Below are positions 49,253-49,343 of a stretch of 49,343 nt of DNA, piece after piece. Source of the stretch: Jimgerdemannia flammicorona (Eukaryota); assembly GCA_003990765.1 (NCBI GenBank), contig RBNJ01000031.1, forward strand, positions 1 through 49,343. Direction: 5' to 3'. Made by a program: the position numbers and the translations under genes. Position 1 is the first letter of the stretch, and the number at the start of each line of letters is the position of its first letter. The notes under the pieces were generated by a model. That model had not been told where the DNA came from. It ran no database searches and saw nothing but the letters and a program-made list of their open reading frames with translations.

Positions 49253-49343
49253 GTAGGTTGCTCACTCGGCCGCCACTTGTTTACTTGTGTTTATTTATTT
49301 AAACTTCCTCAGTACGACCCAATTCACCTCGTGCTTTTCTCAG

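Overview
Eukaryotic, most likely fungal, heterochromatin-like block made almost entirely of nested, decayed retroelements; no prokaryotic genes, rRNA, tRNA or CRISPR. Contents: (i) two copies of a Ty3/Gypsy family 'A' (+; 99-11332 and 23468-32216), with gag-PR-dUTPase-RT-RH, a separate integrase ORF, and 1.5-1.6 kb LTRs that each contain an ~270-codon ORF; (ii) a second dUTPase-bearing Gypsy family 'C' (-; 11532-33207) into whose 5' LTR copy A2 inserted; (iii) two ~2 kb solo LTRs of family 'B' (2613-4651, 41698-43730) that also carry an ORF; (iv) several 5'-truncated polyA/TSD non-LTR inserts, one carrying a 1.2 kb 9-bp minisatellite; (v) an apparently endonuclease-less Penelope-like element with direct and inverted pseudo-LTRs (36842-43739), nested in a short Copia relic; (vi) very AT-rich Gypsy/chromovirus relics; (vii) a CpG-retaining right end (from ~48584) with a hAT-like terminus and a probable exon. 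Two observations stand out. First, families A, B and C each carry an apparently homologous uncharacterised accessory ORF, inside the LTR in A and B and between integrase and the 3' LTR in C. Second, in both A and C the integrase is a separate ORF whose ATG overlaps the RNase H stop (ATGAATAA and ATGA). All calls come from manual reading and translation; no database searches were run.
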